A DNA stretch of 64,000 nt. Origin: Podarcis gaigeae. Its lineage: Eukaryota. Shown piece after piece: positions 60,893-64,000 of this stretch (within the stretch, counting starts at the first letter, position 1; every line of letters begins with the position of its first letter). The notes below the pieces were generated by a model. The model saw only the letters and a program-made list of their open reading frames with translations, was not told the origin of the DNA and did no database searches. The stretch is from assembly GCA_964106915.2 (NCBI GenBank), contig OZ066915.1. One strand, written 5' to 3'. The position numbers were made by a program, and so were the translations under genes.

Positions 60893-63269
60893 CTACAAAT
60901 AAAGGAAAATTTAAAGTGACCACAGCCTAGTGAGTCCCTAGTAACATCTAGAATGGGATGAAGAAGGAAGCAGAGGAGTTAAAGGAATTGGGTACCATGG
61001 TACTCTAATTTAACTTATACAAATTCACATACAATTTAATTCACATACAATTTAATTCACAAGATTCATAATTGTTGTAAAAAACCCTGAAAGCATTCAT
61101 AGGTAAAAGTAGCAAGGCAAGGTTTAATAACTTGGTACTAACAGTTCGAAAATACTTTTAAGGGGGTGAAAAACTCAAATGAGTTTTCAATCAGCACTCA
61201 ACACTGCCTATAAAACCTTTGCCTGCAATTTCCAAGTTGCAGCTTCCATTTAACTCGAAACCCCCGGCACAAACACCTAATGTACAATCCACATGTGCCC
61301 TGAAGTCTCAGTTTGACTGTTATAAACCTGGAAACATTCCTTGATCTTAGTGACCTGGTGTTTCTAGGATGTGCACACTAGAAGCTGCACACCTCAACTC
61401 TAGATGGGAATATAGTTACTTAACTGAAGGGGGTACGAATAATGGAGATAAAGAGTTATGCAAAACACCAGGGAGAAGGCAACCTATGGTTAGGCAAGGG
61501 AACATTCCCCAAGAGTGAGCGGTGGTACCTGTCGTAATGGCCTGCATGGAGAGGACACAGAAATCAATGAGGGAGAATTGGTGAAGCTGGAGAAATTAAA
61601 GATGACTTTGTGGAATGAATAAAGATACCACTCCAGTCTTGGAAAGGCTGTACACCAAGCAGTGCTTGGGAAGAGACGGGTGCTGATATTCTACAAACTG
61701 GTCTTTAATGTGGGTTACGTGCTTCTCAGCTTTACCTTCTGGATTTATCCATGATTTGTGAGATCTTCAGAAGAACTCTCTGTATCCTGAAGAAACTGTC
61801 CCCCACAAATGCGGGGAATGAAGAACAGCAACAAAAATCACCCTATCCTTCCATGAGCTTGGCTTCACGGGAAGGGCATCAGTGGCGTGGAGGCAGCCTT
61901 GGATTCATCCCACTTTAGCATTTTGGCCTGGGAAGTGTGTGTGGAATACTACAAATGCAAGTACTTCTATAGAATGGTCGTGCAGGCAATGCTGGACAGC
62001 AAATGATAATTCATGGATACATACTTTAGTGTTTCTGGGAGAAACCACAAACACTGACATTTCTTGGACATTCTCCACCCTTGCAGAAAAGCTTGAGATA
62101 GGCATCATCTTCTCTAGGTTGGTGGGATTACACAATAAAGTTCCTGTGTGTTCTCTTATCCATGTAGACCAGGCATTTGCTTTGTAATCGTGGCTGCTGC
62201 CTCCCTAAAAGTCTCCAAGAACTGGCATTGAAGGGAACTTCAAAAACCACCATAGAGTAGAGCAGGGCTATTCTGGAGGAGTGGAGATCCATTTACAACT
62301 TGCTAGTCATAGAGCAAGTTGCTGATGTCCTTGTTGCTGATGCCATCTTTGGTTTGGTGTACCCTCCACAACATCTGCTAGATGACATCCAACTGGAGCA
62401 GTATCCAGACCTACCTTGATGAGGGGAGGGATGCAGGGTCCATAGACCGGAAAGCAGTGTAATCCTCCTCCTCAGTCATTCAGTTGCCAGCAAGTGTGAA
62501 CAGCAGAGCCATCTTCAGGCCAAGGTAATTAGGAACATGAGATCCCAGTTCATTTGGGACCATCACCTCCACTTTCCACTTTTCTAGCTACTGACATGTC
62601 TTTGCTCATACCATCGGGAGGCACCACAAGATTCATTGACTCTGACTCTACTGAAATCCCACAACATTCCTCCCTTTTGTAATTCAATCACATGGATTGC
62701 TGCTTGCTTTCTCCTAAAATTCTTCTCATTTTGTAAATCAATAAAATTTGATCATTAAATCAAAGCATGCGATTTCGGAGGCAGCGAGTACAGTTTAGCT
62801 GGGAAGAGGAGGGGCGATGCGACTATCTGGTTGGGCTTTCTGAAGATGCTTACTGATTATTCGAATTGTGTACAGGTGAAGTTGTTTCCTTGGTAATTTC
62901 CTGTGGTATGTTTTTCATTGGAAGCTGAAAGGGAACGTTTGGTAGCTTTGAGTATTTTGGTGATTAGCAGTGTGGGGGATCTTTCTTGCCACAGTTTCTC
63001 AAGTTAAGTCTTTTTAGGACTGAATAGAAGTTAGAATCCTCGCAACTCCACAAAACACAATGTTCTATCTCTTCTGAATACGGATGTCAAACGTAAGGCC
63101 CTGAGGCCTCACTGGGTCCTTTAGGATTCCCAAATAAAGTCCACAATACCCCTACCATTCCTCAAAAATTGACAAACTTTCAGGCCAATGAAAACGGTGC
63201 CTTTGTTAGAACAAAAAGGAGCAGGAACATTAATGACTACTACTGCATGCTACAGAATCCCATCTCCAC

Positions 63270-63354
63270 CTTCAGTGGTAAAAGAGTCCAGCCATGTGGC
63301 AAGTGGAATAATGGTATGTAGCAATCCAAGCAGTAAAAGTGATATTTTTTTCAT
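63270..63354 (-). pseudogene. Nested relic exon 1 (MKKISLLLLGLLHTIIPLATWLDSFTTE; signal peptide-like)
   Basis: caaATGA start context, KK followed by a hydrophobic core, phase-1 donor GAAG|gtggag (weak). Confidence 0.6.
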
Positions 63355-63451
63355 TTGGAAGCATCATGGGTCTCAACCCCTAAGCACGATCTGAGAAATT
63401 TTGTTCTCAAACATATTTGCCTTTGGCACACCTTGTTTATCCCATTCCCAC

Positions 63452-63675
63452 TATAGAATCAGAGTTGGATGGGACCCTGAGGACCATCTAGTCCAACCCC
63501 CTGCAAGGCAGGAATCTCAACTAGATAATGCATGACAGATAGTCATCCAACCTCTGCTTAAAAACCTCCAAGGAAGGAGAGTCCACCACCTCTCATGGGA
63601 ATCTGTTCCACTGTTAAACAGCTCTTACTGTCAGAAAGTTATTCCAGGTATTTAGTGGGAATCTCCTTTCTCGTA
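63452..63675 (-). mobile_element. CR1 LINE 3' end
   Basis: Reverse complement of the CR1 terminus and end of ORF2 (RNFLTVRAV.QWN). Confidence 0.85.
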
Positions 63676-63726
63676 TTACCAAACTACTTATTTAAACCAT
63701 CTTCTCAAAATTACCGTAAGTGGTTA

Positions 63727-63938
63727 CGGAGGTACCTCTAGTTGTGGACTTAATCCATTTAGGGGTGCCATTCGCACCCTGAAAAGTCTGCAACTAGAGT
63801 GCCTCTTCTGCGCATATGCGCGGTGCGATCGAGCGCTTCTGCGCATGCACCGAACCCAAAAGTAAACACTCCCAGGTTTGCCACTTTCATAAGCTGAAAG
63901 TCTGTAACAAGAGCAGAACGCAACACGGGGTATGACTG
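63727..63938. mobile_element. Degenerate Tc1/mariner-type MITE
   Basis: TA|CGGAGGTACCTC...GGGGTATGACTG|TA; internal TGCGCAT palindromes. Confidence 0.7.
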
Positions 63939-64000
63939 TACTACTATTCAAACAAGTATAAGAGGGCAGGTTTCATAATAAGCATACTGTAATTAATTTA

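Larger units (their letters stand above)
57319..63354 (-). pseudogene. Unprocessed 9-exon pseudogene of an unidentified ~255-aa secreted Cys/Trp-rich protein, apparently nested in SFMBT1 intron 1
   Basis: Exons 63354-63270, 60892-60838, 60247-60202, 59837-59620 (or 59734), 58989-58914, 58597-58545, 57970-57899, 57685-57649, 57444-57319 total 768 nt in one frame with no frameshift. N-terminus MKKISLLLLGLLHTIIPLATW is signal-peptide-like. Five internal stops. Confidence 0.72.

Overview
Vertebrate genomic DNA, most likely from a squamate reptile and probably a lacertid lizard. This is inferred from the repeat landscape: a Sauria SINE, a Squam3-like SINE, RTE, CR1, L2 and Penelope fragments, and many TA-flanked Tc1/mariner and 8-bp-TSD hAT MITEs. 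The window holds the complete coding region of SFMBT1 on the minus strand: 20 coding exons from ATG at 40752 to TAA at 8066, all GT-AG, 2604 nt (867 aa), encoding four MBT repeats, a SLED/DUF3588 region and a C-terminal SAM domain. A multi-kb 3' UTR follows. Non-coding exon 1 and the CpG-island promoter are not seen and probably lie beyond 64000. The first ~2.3 kb looks like the 3' UTR of a convergent plus-strand gene. The main new observation is a 9-exon gene relic on the minus strand (63354->57319), apparently nested in SFMBT1 intron 1 and missed by the ORF track because its exons are short. Spliced at GT-AG sites it gives one frameshift-free 256-codon frame: a signal-peptide-like N-terminus and a Cys/Trp-rich body interrupted by five nonsense codons. 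It looks like an unprocessed pseudogene of a secreted protein that I cannot assign to a family. All exon structures were read by eye and no database search was run.
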